A DNA stretch of 64,000 nucleotides, taken from contig NIVC01003752.1 of NCBI GenBank assembly GCA_002269645.1, positions 14,896 to 78,895 of the forward strand, in the 5' to 3' direction. The position numbers and the translations under genes are program-made. Origin of the DNA: Macrostomum lignano. Its lineage: Eukaryota. This document shows positions 47,738-60,777 of this stretch, piece after piece (within the stretch, counting starts at the first letter, position 1; every line of letters starts with the position of its first letter). Below the pieces are notes generated by a model. That model saw only the letters and a program-made list of their open reading frames with translations. It was not told the origin of the DNA and made no database searches.

Positions 47738-48573
47738 TGAGTCTCACTGTGTCTTGAAATGAGTCTCACTGTGTCTTGAAATGAGTCTCACTGTGTCTTG
47801 AAATGAGTCTCACTATGCATCAAAATGAGTCTCACTATGCATCAAAATGATTCTCACTGTGTCTCGAAATGATTCTCACTGTGTCTCAAAATGAGTCTCA
47901 CTGTGTCTCAAAATGAGTCTCACTATGCATCAAAATGATTCTCACTGTGTCTCGAAATGATTCTCACTGTGTCTCAAAATGAGTCTCACTGTGTCTCAAA
48001 ATGATTCTCACTGTGTCTCAAAATGATTCTCACTGTGTCTCAAAATGAGTCTCACTGTGTCTTGAAATGATTCTCACTGTGTCTCTAAATGAGTCTCACT
48101 GTGTCTCTAAATGAGTGTCACTGTGTCTCGAAATGATTCTCACTGTGTCTCTAAATGAGTCTCACTGTGTCTCTAAATGAGTCTCACTGTGTCTCTAAAT
48201 GAGTCTCACTGTGTCTCGAAATGATTCTCACTGTGTCTCTAAATGAGTCTCACTGTGTCTCTAAATGAGTCTCACTGTGTCTCTAAATGAGTCTCACTGT
48301 GTCTCGAAATGAGTCTCACTGTGTCTCGAAATGAGTCTCACTGTGTCTCGAAATGAGTCTCACTGTGTCTCAAAATGAGTCTCACTGTGTCTCTAAATGA
48401 GTCTCACTGTGTCTCGAAATGAGTCTCACTGTGTCTCGAAATGAGTCTCACTGTGTCTCGAAATGAGTCTCACTGTGTCTCGAAATGAGTCTCACTGTGT
48501 CTCGAAATGAGTCTCACTGTGTCTCGAAATGAGTCTTACTGTGTCTCGAAATGAGTCTCACTGTGTCTCGAAA
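47738..48573 (+). repeat. 22-bp minisatellite, about 38 copies
   Basis: aaatgagtctcactgtgtctcg units; degenerate units continue left of the element at about 43160-43240. Confidence 0.95.
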
Positions 48574-48652
48574 TAGGTCGTGTCCTTAAACAACGAGTCT
48601 CAATATCTCCAAGACTGCTCATTATTCTACCTGTAATTATAACCGCTGACAG

Positions 48653-49114
48653 ATTCGCACGGTACTACTTGTGGCCGCAATGTCCGTGCACTCCCTATTC
48701 GAGGGTCTGTCACTCGGCCTCATACCAGCCGTAGGCAATGCGGCCAGTTTATTTGCTGCCATACTACTGCACAAGCTAGTAGTAGCATTCAGCATTGGAA
48801 TGCAGCTGAGCTCATCTGGCCTGTCAGTTTGTACAGTGATCGCCTGCGGCTGCGTGTTTGCTCTGATGAGCCCGGCTGGCTGTGGCCTGGGCATGCTGGT
48901 GATTGAGTTTGTCAATCACTCGGCTGCAAAGCTGGTTAGCGGCGTGCTTCAATCCATCACATCCGGCACGTTTCTCTATGTTGCATTCTTTGAAGTGTTG
49001 CCGCACGAGTTCAACACTGGCCGGGACCGGCAGGGCAAACTGCTGGCTCTGGTGCTGGGTTTTGCTGCCGTTTGCATCTACGTGTTTATCGACTCGCTGA
49101 AGGATGCCGACTAG
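48653..49114 (+). CDS. ZIP1/2/3-type zinc transporter, exon 2
   Basis: gctgacag|IRTVLL..SVHSLFEG (TM4), LLHK (TM5), GTFLYVAFFEVLPHE; stop at 49114. Confidence 0.93.
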   Translation: MRTVLLVAAMSVHSLFEGLSLGLIPAVGNAASLFAAILLHKLVVAFSIGMQLSSSGLSVCTVIACGCVFALMSPAGCGLGMLVIEFVNHSAAKLVSGVLQSITSGTFLYVAFFEVLPHEFNTGRDRQGKLLALVLGFAAVCIYVFIDSLKDAD

Positions 49115-49134
49115 ACAGTAGACAGTCTTACCCT

Positions 49135-49435
49135 AGTTCTCACCCTTCATGTTCTTAATCAGCTTCCCTGCATCTCATCCTTAGTGTTCTCAATCACCTT
49201 CCCTACATCTCACCCTTCGTGTTCTCAATCAGCTTCCCTACATCTCGTCCTTAGTGTTCTCAATCACCTTCCCTACATCTCACCCTTCATGTTCTCAATC
49301 ACCTTCCCTACATCTCACCCTTCGTGTTCTCAATCAGCTTCCCTACATCTCATCCTTAGTGTTCTCAATCACCTTCCCTACATCTCACCCTTCATGTTCT
49401 CAATCACCTTCCCTACTTCTCACCCTTCATGCTCC
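49135..49435. repeat. 35-bp minisatellite after the ZIP stop codon
   Basis: tgttctcaatcaccttccctacatctcacccttca, about 8 copies. Confidence 0.92.
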
Positions 49436-49889
49436 CTGTCTGTCTCCCCTACAAGTGTTACTTGATTTCCGTCAATAACTTCATTATTTTATTTACGCAG
49501 TTGGTAATTTTCGCTGACATTCAAGTGTCATTACAGCTTTGATTTTATATGATTAACGTCTTCCGTGTGCTTATACATGCTACAGAGCTGATTCTACTAT
49601 GCCATTAGTATTTACATGATTTGCATGATTAGCCACTATTCGCACATCTTTGCATTCGTTTCACGTTCTTAAAGTCTTTCGTATATGCTAGTTATTTAAT
49701 GTTTATAATGTTTTTACCTTCGTGGAAACAATTCAAGGAGATTTTACAAATGTGCTTCAAGAGTCGTCAAGAGTCAAGGATTGTCTTGGTTGACTTGCAT
49801 TGCAATGCTGATAATCTAGTGGGAAAAGTGCAATGGACTGCTAACCACTGCATTGGGTTCTTAGCCCACCTAATGTTAAAGTTTGGGTT

Positions 49890-50741
49890 TAAGACTCTGG
49901 CCACATGCGGCCCGCGAAGCCTCTCTATCCGGCCATCGGGTCCTTTGAAACTTCACAATAGCAATCCGGCCCGCTTAAGGCTTGTCTCTTCTCAGCTCTC
50001 TTCTCTCCTCTCCTCTCCTCCTCCCTCTACTCTCCACTTCTCTCCTCCTCCCTCTACTCTCCACTTCTCTCCTCTCTTATGTTCTCTCCTCTCCCCTTCC
50101 CTTCCCTCTCCTCTCCTCTCCTCTCCTCTCCTCTCCTCTCCTCTCCTCTCCCCTTCCCTTCCCTCTCCTCTCCTCTCCTCTCCTCTCTTCCCTCTCCTCT
50201 CCTCTCCTCTCCTCTCCTCTCCTCTCCTCTCCTCTCCTCTCCTCTCCTCTCCTCTCCTCTCCTCTCTCCTCTCCTCTCCTCTTCTCTCCTCTTCCCTCTC
50301 CTCTCCTCTCCTCTCCTCTCCTCTCCTCTCCTCTCCTGTCCCCTTCCCTTCCCTCTCCTCTCCTCTCCTCTCCTCTCTTCCCTCTCCTCTCCTCTCCTCT
50401 CCTCTCCTCTCCTCTCCTCTCCTCTCCTCTCCTCTCCTCTCCTCTGCTCTCCTCTCTCCTCTCCTCTTCTCTCCTCTTCCCTCTCCTCTCCTCTCCTCTC
50501 CTCTCCTCTCCTCTCCTCTCATCTCCTCTCCTCTCCTCTCTCCTCTCCTCTCCTCTCCTCTCCTCTCTTCCCTCTCCTCCTCTTCTCGTCTCCTCTGGCC
50601 TCTCTATCCGGCCCTCGGGTCCTTTGAAACCTCACAATAGCAATCCGACCCCGTTCAAGGCTTGTGTCTTCTCAGCTCTCTTCTGTTTGATCTCCTCTGG
50701 CTAGATTCTCTATCTGGCCCTGAAAAAATGTTGCCCACCCC
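49890..50741. mobile_element. Degenerate hAT-like MITE containing a (CTCCT)n expansion
   Basis: ggccacatgcggcccgcg start, tggccc..aaaaatgttgcccacccc end; about 84-bp direct repeats (49921, 50600) flank the (CTCCT)n tract 49985-50590. Confidence 0.55.
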
Positions 50742-51308
50742 AAGTTTAAAAATAGCCTTGTAGATTTTGGTTAGGGTTAGGTTTGGCAGTCAATTGTTGT
50801 AGACCCTGCGTCTGGTGCACTTTGTGGTCGGCCTAAGTAACGCCTACCGATTTAAATATTTATACAGTATTACAGTGTACGTATATCACACAGTGATTCG
50901 AGGACACCCAAATCGATTTTTTCTGTCTGTACAGTTTATTTTTTTTAATTAAACATCTCTCAGATTGATCATCCGTGCATACCTTTTTCTATGCTTATAA
51001 ATATTAGTTTTACTACTATTATTCAGAACCTGAGAAATTTTAAAGAGAAAATTCTCGAAGTTGCCTCGGTAAAATGTTTCTTATTTAATTTTAACAAAGT
51101 GTTTAATTTTTGTGCTGCTATATTTATTATTGGCTGTATGTTGTCTAATTATAATAGAGCATTATATCGTCTCAAAATTAAACACGAATATGAATAATGA
51201 TGATTTAAAAATTATTTTATTAAACCTTTTTATTCTGTAGCTACTAAGCAGCTGCGCTATGATTATTAAAATTCTTGCTATTCTCTCGTTGTATTCTAAT
51301 CCTTTTTG

Positions 51309-51720
51309 GGTGAAGTAGGGTGAGATTGGGAGAGGTAGGGTGAGATTGGGAGAGGTAGGGTGAGATTGAGAGAGGTAGGGTGAGATTGGAGAGGTAGGGT
51401 GAGATTGGGTGAAGTAGGGTGAGATTGGGAGAGGTAGGGTGATATTGGGAGAGGTAGGGTGAGATTGGGAGAGGTAGGGTGAGATTGGAGAGGTAGGGTG
51501 ATATTGGGAGAGGTAGGGTGAGATTGGGAGAGGTAGGGTGAGATTGGGAGAGGTAGGGTGAGATTGGAGAGGTAGGGTGATGTTAGGAGAGGTAGGGTGA
51601 GATTGGAGAGGTAGGGTGAGATTGGGAGAGGTAGGGTGAGATTGGAGAGGTAGGGTGAGATTGGAGAGGTAGGGTGAGATTGGAGAGGTAGGGTGAGATT
51701 GGGAGAGGTAGGGTGAGATT
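51309..51720. repeat. 19/20-bp G-rich minisatellite, about 21 copies
   Basis: gggtgagattgggagaggta repeated. Confidence 0.95.
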
Positions 51721-52467
51721 AAAGAGTTGTTGGCACTTTTGAATGCAAATCTAGTGTTTTAACCTTGCACTGTACTTTTAGTCAATTAATTAAGCTTTGA
51801 TGGAATGAAACCTTTCGCTGGAATAACGTTTTTGTGAGGTCAATGTTTGTTCAGGCACGACGCATTAAGTCCACGAGGTTGCCTCAGGTTATCAAGGCTA
51901 CACTCGAATTATTTTGCGGCTTCTAAGGCGAATTCGAAGCTGTTTACTCTTGGCAAGTTTATTGCAAACACATTTGAAGGTAAAATTTAAAGAAATTGTT
52001 TTCTGGTGACGGATCACGTCACTTCCTAACTTGATGTCAGGAATTGCTTAGCTGGCGTGTCAGAAAAGTATGTTGAGGATAACGCTTGTGCTGTGCTCTA
52101 TTTGCAAGGCCGCTACAATAACAAATTTAAGAACTCTTAGCGACGCGATTCAAAACCGAGAAAGATCCTGTTTCCCTATGCATAGTCACGTGGTCACGGG
52201 ACTACTGGACCGCCTCTTAAGCGCTTTGATCAGTTCTCAAACGCGGCTGAGCCAATGGCTGAAAACAGAAAAGGGAATCTCAGACTGGCTAAAAGCAACT
52301 GGTCAAGACTGCTGCGCTTGCCAGACGCAGCTAAAAATTGCCGAATTCGCGATAGTCCTTTTGCAATCGTCTTGCGAGCGTATTCACAGAAACTGAAAGG
52401 TAAGTCGTTTTTTCTTATTTCATGACTGATTTTCAGCAATTGTATTCAGTATTGTTATCAGTGCTGC

Positions 52468-53106
52468 CTCATATTCTTATCACCCCACCACCCCACATTC
52501 TTATCGCGCCACCACCCCACACTTTTATAAACCCACCACCCCACATTCTTATAACCCCACCACCCCACTTTCTTATAACCCCACCACCCCACTTTCTTAT
52601 CACCCCACCACCCCACTTTCTTATAACCCCACCACCCCACTTTCTTATCACCCCACCACCCCACATTCTTATAACCCCACCACCCCACATTCTAATAAAC
52701 CCACCACCCCACATTCTTATAACCCCACTATCCCAAATTCTTATAAACCCACCACCGCACATTCTTATCATCCCACCACCCCACATTCTTATAACCCCAC
52801 CATCCCACACTCTTATAAACCCACCACCCCACACTCTTATCGCCCCACCAACCCACATTCTTATCATCCTATCACCCCACATTCTTATAACCCCACCACC
52901 CCACATTCTAATAAACCCACCACCCCACATTCTTATAACCCCACTATCCCAAATTCTTATAAACCCACCACCGCACATTCTTATCATCCCACCACCCCAC
53001 ATTCTTATAACCCCACCATCCCACACTCTTATAAACCCACCACCCCACACTCTTATCGCCCCACCAACCCACGTTCTTATCATCCTATCACCCCACATTC
53101 TTATCG
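52468..53106. repeat. 24-bp C-rich minisatellite, array 1
   Basis: ccccaccaccccacattcttataa units. Confidence 0.95.
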
Positions 53107-53635
53107 TCAGATACACAAGCAGATATACGGCTGATAAATGCGTAGTCGAAAAGATGCATTTATTGAAATGAAAGCCAGGAAACTCCAGTTTCTTGTGAAG
53201 ATTTACCCGTAAAGATCTAAGCAGAAGACAAGCAGGCTGAAAACTGGCTGAAAAAGGAGTTGCCTAATTCCACTTGGCTTCCTCCTTCCCAGTTCAATAG
53301 GGAAGTGTGCATAAAGGAATCGAGATCCGGGGGAAACAATGCAAGCAGGAAATTACAGCTCTCAAAGTCTAATTATTCAGTCATAATTAATTAGAAGACC
53401 TTCAATTGCCAGGTTTTTCTCGGCTCGCTTTTCTGCTTTCCTTCCTTTATCTATTTATTAGTCGCTGAAGGCGAATGATAATTAGTAGCCGGCGATCAGG
53501 TGCGATTCAACCCTCGAATCCAAAAAATCATGCCCCGATGACTCACGTCAACTTTAGTGATAGAAAAAATTAATAGCATAATAATAATGTAGTTGGTTAT
53601 GCCTATGCATTCCTAAATGCTGAAATTAACCTTTA

Positions 53636-53960
53636 CACTTTTATACCAACTGACTGACTGACTGACTGCCTGACTGACTGACTGACTGACTGACTGACTG
53701 ACTGTCGGAAACAACTGTCTAATGGTTTATATCTAGGATTCTTGAATTCTGTTTATGAGTTCGGCTTCATGTCTATGCCACATATTGCAATTTTTTTTGC
53801 CGTTTTGTCACGATCAAGTTAGGAGTGCAGGGTTTAGTTATCTCTGCACGTGTAAAACTTAGCTAAATGTCTAGTCAATATAAAAAATACAAGTCAGGAA
53901 GTGTCCTGACCTTAACTTTAGAGCATAAGTTCCTTTCAAATAAATAGTATATACATTTTT
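53636..53960 (+). mobile_element. Possible HINE/DINE-like element with (ACTG)n
   Basis: ttttatac start followed by (ACTG)n at 53648-53704; resemblance only. Confidence 0.3.
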
Positions 53961-53995
53961 ACCAATAATATACTTTGATAATTCATAAGCCTGCA

Positions 53996-54503
53996 GCACC
54001 CAGCATTCTTATCGCCCCACCACCCCACATTATTAACGCCCACCACCCCACATTCTTATCGCCCCACAACCCCACATTCTTATCGCCCCACCAACCCACA
54101 TTCTTATCGCCCCACCACCCCACATTCTTATCGCCCCACCAACCCACATTCTTATCGCCCCACCAACCCACATTCTTATCGCCCCACCACCCCACATTCT
54201 TATCGCCCCGCCACCCCACATTCTTATCGCCCACCACCCCACATTCTTATCACCCACCACCCCCACCACCCCACATTCTTATAACCCCACCACCCCACAT
54301 TCTTATCGCCCCACCACCCCACATTCTTATCACCCCACCACCCACATTCTTATCGCCCACCACCCACACTCTTATCGCCCCACCACCCCACACTCTTATC
54401 ACCCCACCACCCACATTCTTATCGCCCACCACCCCACACTCTTATAACCCCACCACCCCACATTCTTATCGCCCCACCACCCCACACTCTTATCGCCCAC
54501 CCC
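53996..54503. repeat. 24-bp C-rich minisatellite, array 2 (same family)
   Basis: ccccaccaccccacattcttatcg units. Confidence 0.95.
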
Positions 54504-54597
54504 GCGGTCACGGACATCTCATTAAAAGAAAGTCTACAGTAAATCTCCTAATTAAGCTGTTCCATATTTCCTCACTTCGCTTCAGATTTAACTACTA

Positions 54598-55715
54598 ATG
54601 CAGCCAGCGGTTATCAAGACCGACTGCGATGATAGCTTTTTCAACGCCACGCATCACCCAAGCAGAGCTCTGCTGGCTGTCACAGGCAGTCTGGCAATTC
54701 TTCAGGGCATCCTGCTGCTCTGCGGAGTTTGCTGCAACACAATCGGCTACTTGGCTCTGCGATCGAGCCCGCTGTCAGCTGACTTAGCCAGCCAGTTCCG
54801 GGCTCTGGTCATTGGCGATCAGTTCTTTCTATTGTTCAACCTGTTGGACACGTTGATTCACCTGGTGGAAAATCTCGGCCCGGTAGAGTCGCCAATACCT
54901 CTCCTGATTGCGGCCTGGTCGCATCCCATTGTCTGGGCTTTGCGCACCAGCGTGTTCAGCTTCCACAGCTGGACAATGGCTTTGCTGAGCCTCATCAAGT
55001 GCGTTAAAGTGACGCAACCCTGGCGCAGAGGGAATCAGCCTCGGTTGATGCGTCTGCTAACGTCGGCGGCTTTGATCTACAGTTTCTCTAGCAACTGCCC
55101 GGCCATAGCGCTGTTCACGAACTTCAGCGTCACCTACATGGCCAGGTGCGACGATGGCTTCAGACTGGCCAGCAAGGCCTACCTAATCAAGGAAACTAAC
55201 GACAGCACCACCGACCGCTTGGATCTGAAATCGATGGCTTCGCCAATATTCTTAGCCGTGAATGTGACAGCGCTACCAGTGCTGCTCACCCTGGTCTGCA
55301 ATCTCATCACTCTGTGCCGGCTTCGCGAACGATCTGGCGGTCTGAGAGGGCCCGGCAGCGGCCGGGTGATGCTGGCGCTGCTGCAGCAGAGAAGCGCCCA
55401 GGCCACGCGAACTATTCTAATCCGCACTAATACGTTCTTGGCTTTTCAAGCGCCCGTGCTCATTTGGACGCTGATGGACACGTGGTCTGGGCCCAGCTGG
55501 AGCCGTCAACCTTTTGCTGCCTGGTGGTAATCAGCAACACGCTCAGTCAGGCCTTCTTCGCCACCAGCTTCTTGGTCTGCGTTCGATGCGACCGCGGCCT
55601 TCGGCGTCGTTTCGTCCAGACAGCATCAGCTTGCGTTCCGGCCTCCGCCGTCGCCTGCCTCGACAGAAACAGGCCGGCGCCGAACCAGTTGCCAATGACA
55701 ACAAACGGTCGCTAG
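54598..55715 (+). CDS. Divergent rhodopsin-type GPCR with one frameshift near 55480
   Basis: TM1-6 in ORF 54598-55530; a TM7-like LVVISNTLSQAFFATSFLVC..LRRRF lies in the next frame (55464-55715). Confidence 0.65.
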
Positions 55716-57239
55716 GCGTTGCCTAATGCTCGGCGCAAGGTAAAACACCGAATATTGAAACGTCATGGAAAATAATACAAAAAACAATTTGACGACTTTC
55801 ATTTTTGTCGGCACGATCGAAAAAGACCTTGGATATTTTTAGCTACTTCTTCGTGCTGCTCTTGGAATTTTGAATTATCTCATTTTTTGCTTTCAGTTAA
55901 TTGCATAATTATTTTATTACTCTACTTTATGTTATTTATAAAGATTACATTTAACATCGTCTATTACTAAGAAGCGCCCTTGATTGATTTACATATATAG
56001 CCAGGATAAATGCTTAATTTGTAAGTCTCATTGATCGGAACTGACATTTACGTTTCTTTCGTTACTCGTTGGACTTTGATGATAATTTAAACTCAAAGTT
56101 TGCTTACATCTAGCTATTGCCCTTGCAATGAACATGTAGGAGCGTAAGATATTTAATATCTGAATTTTTATTCATTGTTAATCGTTTAGAAAGATTTGGC
56201 CACGCCCTTTCACCTACTCGCTATCCACAGGAATCGCGGCTCCTGTTACAGTTCGCAAACTCTATACGTACACAACTCAAAAAGGAAGTTCGCTGACAAA
56301 CTATTGAGTTATAACTTATGTAGTATAATGTAGCCAGCGTTTTAATTACAATACATACCTGGCCAACTTGCACAACGGAGCAGGGAACGCAGGAAATGAA
56401 TAGCTGGCCTTGGACACTCCCTCGAGAGCAAGGTTCATTTCCCTTCTCGAGTCGCAGCAGTTCTCAGCGCGGGACACGCTGACACATTTGTAGGCAGACA
56501 CCCGTGCATGCAGCTCGCCAAAGATGAAGCCTTGCAGCATCCCTAATATGGTCGGACATCCTTTTTGAAGATATTTTTCAGCGCCAAAGCAGCCGGAGAG
56601 TCGATGAGGACAGAGTGCCAGCTAGTTCAGCAGGAACACGTCAGACTCTCTGACCATTTATTCTTGATTGATTTATGCTGATGAAGGTTTGTGAAAATGA
56701 GTAAGTCAGGGCCGCTGTACACCCGTGTAAATCGTGCGCAAGCTCCTCTACGAACTGACTAACCGGGAAATGCATACACGAGCTTGCAGCTGAGCACACA
56801 AACAAAAGCTTAGTTGAGTATACTCTGCTTGAACATCGGCTTTCGTCGATTTTATACATGCAAACATCCTGATGCCTAAATTGAATTCCTCTGTCCAACC
56901 GTTCTAGTACATAGTTTTTTCTCGTTTTTCCCCAGGATCGCGATCGGGAAGTAATAAATTTCTAATACCGGAACATTTTCATTTGATTTCGCGAAGAATG
57001 AATGGCCTGATTAAAAAAAAGGTTTTGAGTATACAGCTATCAAACATGTACTATAGAATTTTAAGTAAGAAAAAATATGTGCAAAAAAGTGAATTTAGAA
57101 CTCATTCAGTGGGCGCGACCCATGCGATGAGTCGCATGGACAAAAAAATGAAACAGGTAGCCAAGCTCGACAAATGAGCTCAAACTTTTGTCGCCACCCT
57201 CAATTAAACGTGGCATTCACCGGCTTAGGTGACAGGGAC

Positions 57240-57905
57240 ATAGGGACACCCTCCATGAGACAGTGACGCACACCAAGAGACAGGGCGCTTGGTGGGCAAA
57301 AAGACCTCCAAAAGACACTAAGTGACAGGGGCACCTTTCAAGAGAGGGGAGTGCTCACCAAGAGATAGGGGTGCCCTCCAAGAGACAGGGGCACCCACCA
57401 AGAGACAGGGTGCCCACAAGAGACAGGGGCACCCACCAGAGACAGGGGCCCTCCAAGAGACAGGGGCACCCACCAAGAGACAGGGGCGCCCACCAAGAGA
57501 CAGGGGTGCCCACCAAGAGACAGGGGTGCCCTCCAAGAGACAGGGGCACCCACCAAGAGGACAGGGGCGCCCACAAAGACAGGGGTGCCCACCAAGAGAC
57601 AGGGAGCCCACCAAGAGACAGGGGCGCCCACCAAAGACAGGGGAGCCCACCAAGAGACAGGGGAGCCCTCCAAGAGACAGGTGGCGCCCACCAAGAGACA
57701 GGGGTGCCCACCAAGAGACAGGGAGCCCACCAAGAGACAGGGTGTGCCCACCAAGAGACAGGGGTGCCCACCAAGAGACAGTGCCCACCAAGAGACAGGG
57801 TGCCCACCAAGAGACAGTGGCCCCACCAAGAGACAGTGGCACCCACCAAGAGACAGTGGCACCCACCAAAAGACAGTGGCACCCACCAAGAGACAGTGGC
57901 GCTTA
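57240..57905. repeat. About 20-bp minisatellite
   Basis: caccaagagacaggggtgcc units with length variants. Confidence 0.93.
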
Positions 57906-59690
57906 CCAAGCCAGCAACATCGGCGCCTTTAGAGTTTCGGCCCCTTCCAGTAAACATTCCTGGGACGAAACTCAACTGATATCTTCACTAGAGCGTCATA
58001 AAGGTTTTAAGAAGGCTTCTAAAGTGGAACAGTAATTATCTTTATTACCTTGTGTCTTCAGTTCATAAAAGCTGAAACTTTCTGGGTACGCGTAAAGCCA
58101 TGCAACTTCAAAAGCATCGTTGAGTGACGAAATCTTTGCGTGAATTAGTCTCACACTGCTCAGTGCCGAGCGAGCAACGCTAATTACTGCTTAAAACCCA
58201 AACGATTTTCTTAGTTCAAAGCAATTCAGCTTGCATTCTAGACTTTTTATAGGCGTTCCATGAGACACAACGAGGTCGTAAATGGATTTCGACTTTGTAA
58301 TTGTTCGCTATATAAAAAGTACTTAAAAGCTGAATATGACTAGAGGATTAGAGAGGATTATAGATCAATATCTTAATGTACTTTGCGTTAGCGAGGTCAC
58401 CCACTGACATCATCAAAGCTAAAAATAAATCGATAAATAATCAAGAAGATCCCAAAAGCGTACAATTTCTTTTCAGCAAATGTTGTAGTATAGTAGCCGT
58501 GGCTAAATACCATTCACCCTTGAAGTTCAAGTGACGGCGGGCAGTTCTACTTGAAGCAAATATATGTAAAAAATATCGCTAAACAGCACAGAAACAGGCA
58601 GAGTACATATTTAGCCAAACCAACACTTGACGGTAAGAAAATTTAAACAAATAAACTCATCCATCTATCGCAGAAATGTTTAGCTATTGGGCGCTTATAT
58701 AAAATGAAAACAAAAGTGTAACTTTATTAACAGAATATACATAATGTATTAGTAGATAATATTATGCAAAGTCTCCAGCAGCATAAAGTGCTTTCTTTAG
58801 CCGACTATTTTGTACACATTTTTACACCTGTATTTATGCGGGAACTGACTAATTAGGAAGCAGCCGCGATCACGGGAAAGACAGAATATTTGTGTTGAAT
58901 TTTTCAAATCGAACGCGTACTCAAAACAAAATAAAAAAACAAAATTCCAAGCAATCTTCTCTCTAATTGAGCTTTGAGAACTATACTCATAGGTTGCGTG
59001 CAAATATTGACTTGTTGACTTGAGACATCGGAGCATCTTAATGCAATATGCTTTACTTGATAAACGAAACAATCATGCATTGCTTGGCACCACAGTAAGT
59101 ACATTTAATGTTTGGTACATATTGTAGGAACAGGAATATGAGATCATCTCTCGCACGATATTAAGCGTTTGAAAGAATCTATTTTTCTTATTCCTGCCTT
59201 TATTGCTACAGATTTTCTATAGAATAAATCAAACTTTTTAACTCCCACTGACGACAATTGTTTCAAAAACTTCGTTGATTATAACCTTTCTTTGATAGGT
59301 AATATTTTAAATATAGCAATTATTTGGGCAATTAGAAATACTAAACTAAGTACGCTACTAGTAGTAATACTACTGGCGCACTTGGTAGAGGTGCAGTGGG
59401 TTTGATATACTGCCTGCTATTAGGGGAGAGAGAAAGCAACAATAGTAAGGACTGAGTATAGGGATCAACGCTTTTTGAAAGACTTCCATTGTTTCTTCAT
59501 TTTTTATGGAATTTTCCATAATTCCATGGGATAACGCTTTCACCTCTTAGGAAAGTTAATTTTTTTGACCAACCTGCCCAACACTGTAAACCGTATATGA
59601 ATTCAGAAATACTGTCAATAGACAATAATACTATTCATGATCGCAATCTTGTACTGTTAGTAGACTAAGCTGGAAATATACGCCTTTTCT

Positions 59691-59973
59691 TCAAGCCGGC
59701 CCGTCGTGCCGGTGCTCGGATTTCAATCGGACAAATTCGGCCGCCACTTCGTCGTTGGGTCGCTGCGACAGAATCCTGAGCACCGTCCAGCCGATCTCGT
59801 TGATGTGCAGCTTCCGGCCCAGGCCGCACCAGCAGGAGCAGCTGCCCTGCTCGATAATGTCGCGAATCTGCAGCACCGTGACGCCGATCAGGTGGTCCTC
59901 GCGGGCGAAGCAATAGTCTTTGCAGCTCAGCTGCAGCTCGTAGGCTTCTGGCTCCTCCGCTGAACCAATCAGG
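59691..59973 (-). CDS. unc-13: UNC-13/Munc13, last exon (C2C end)
   Basis: [46 protein letters not shown]; acceptor ccgcccag. Confidence 0.95.
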
Positions 59974-60029
59974 CTGGGCGGATGTGCGATGGTGAAAAAT
60001 ACAGTGTATAGTGATAATAGTAGCGACAG

Positions 60030-60745
60030 GCACAAGTCAGAAGAGTGACACACCTGAGACAGTCGGGAATGACACAAGTCAGGATAATGACACACCTGAG
60101 ACAGTCAGGACTGTCACAAGTCAGAAGAATGACACACCTGAGACAGTCGGGACTGTCACAAGTCAGAAGAATGACACACCTGAGACAGTCGGGACTGTCA
60201 CAAGTCAGAAGAATGACACACCTGAGACAGTCGGGACTGTCACAAGTCAGAAGAATGACACACTTGAGACAGTCAGGACTGTCACAAGTCAGAAGAATGA
60301 CACACCTGGGACAGTCGGGACTGTCACAAGTCAGAAGAATGACACACTTGAGACAGACAGGACTGTCAAAAGTCAGAAGAGTGACACATCTGAGACAGTC
60401 GAGACTGTCACAAGTCAGAAGAATGACACACCTGAGACAGTCAGGACTGTCACAAGTCAGAAGAATGACACACTTGAGACAGTCAGGACTGTCACAAGTC
60501 AGAAGAATGACACACCTGGGACAGTCGGGACTGTCACAAGTCAGAAGAATGACACACTTGAGACAGACAGGACTGTCAAAAGTCAGAAGAGTGACACATC
60601 TGAGACAGTCGAGACTGTCACAAGTCAGAAGAATGACACACCTGAGACAGTCAGGACTGTCACAAGTCAGAAGAATGACACACCTGGGACAGTCGGGACT
60701 GTCACAAGTCAGAAGAATGACACACTTGAGACAGACAGAACAGTC
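60030..60745. repeat. 42-bp intronic minisatellite, about 17 copies
   Basis: 14-aa periodic ORFs (TVTSQKNDTPETVG). Confidence 0.95.
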
Positions 60746-60777
60746 ACTACACGAAATGACTGGCATTTCAAACTCAC

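Noticed and set aside
43953-47762. Mirrored ORFs within the TIRs
   Set aside because: GC-rich low-complexity sequence with no recognisable domain.
43371-48573. Regular arrays resembling CRISPR
   Set aside because: Head-to-tail units with no unique spacers, no cas genes, eukaryotic context.
50768-50782. Telomere-like ggttagggttagg
   Set aside because: Only about 2 units; too short to call an interstitial telomere.
56340-56900. GC-richer segment with short minus-strand ORFs
   Set aside because: May be a decayed element, but no assignable motif; needs BLASTX.
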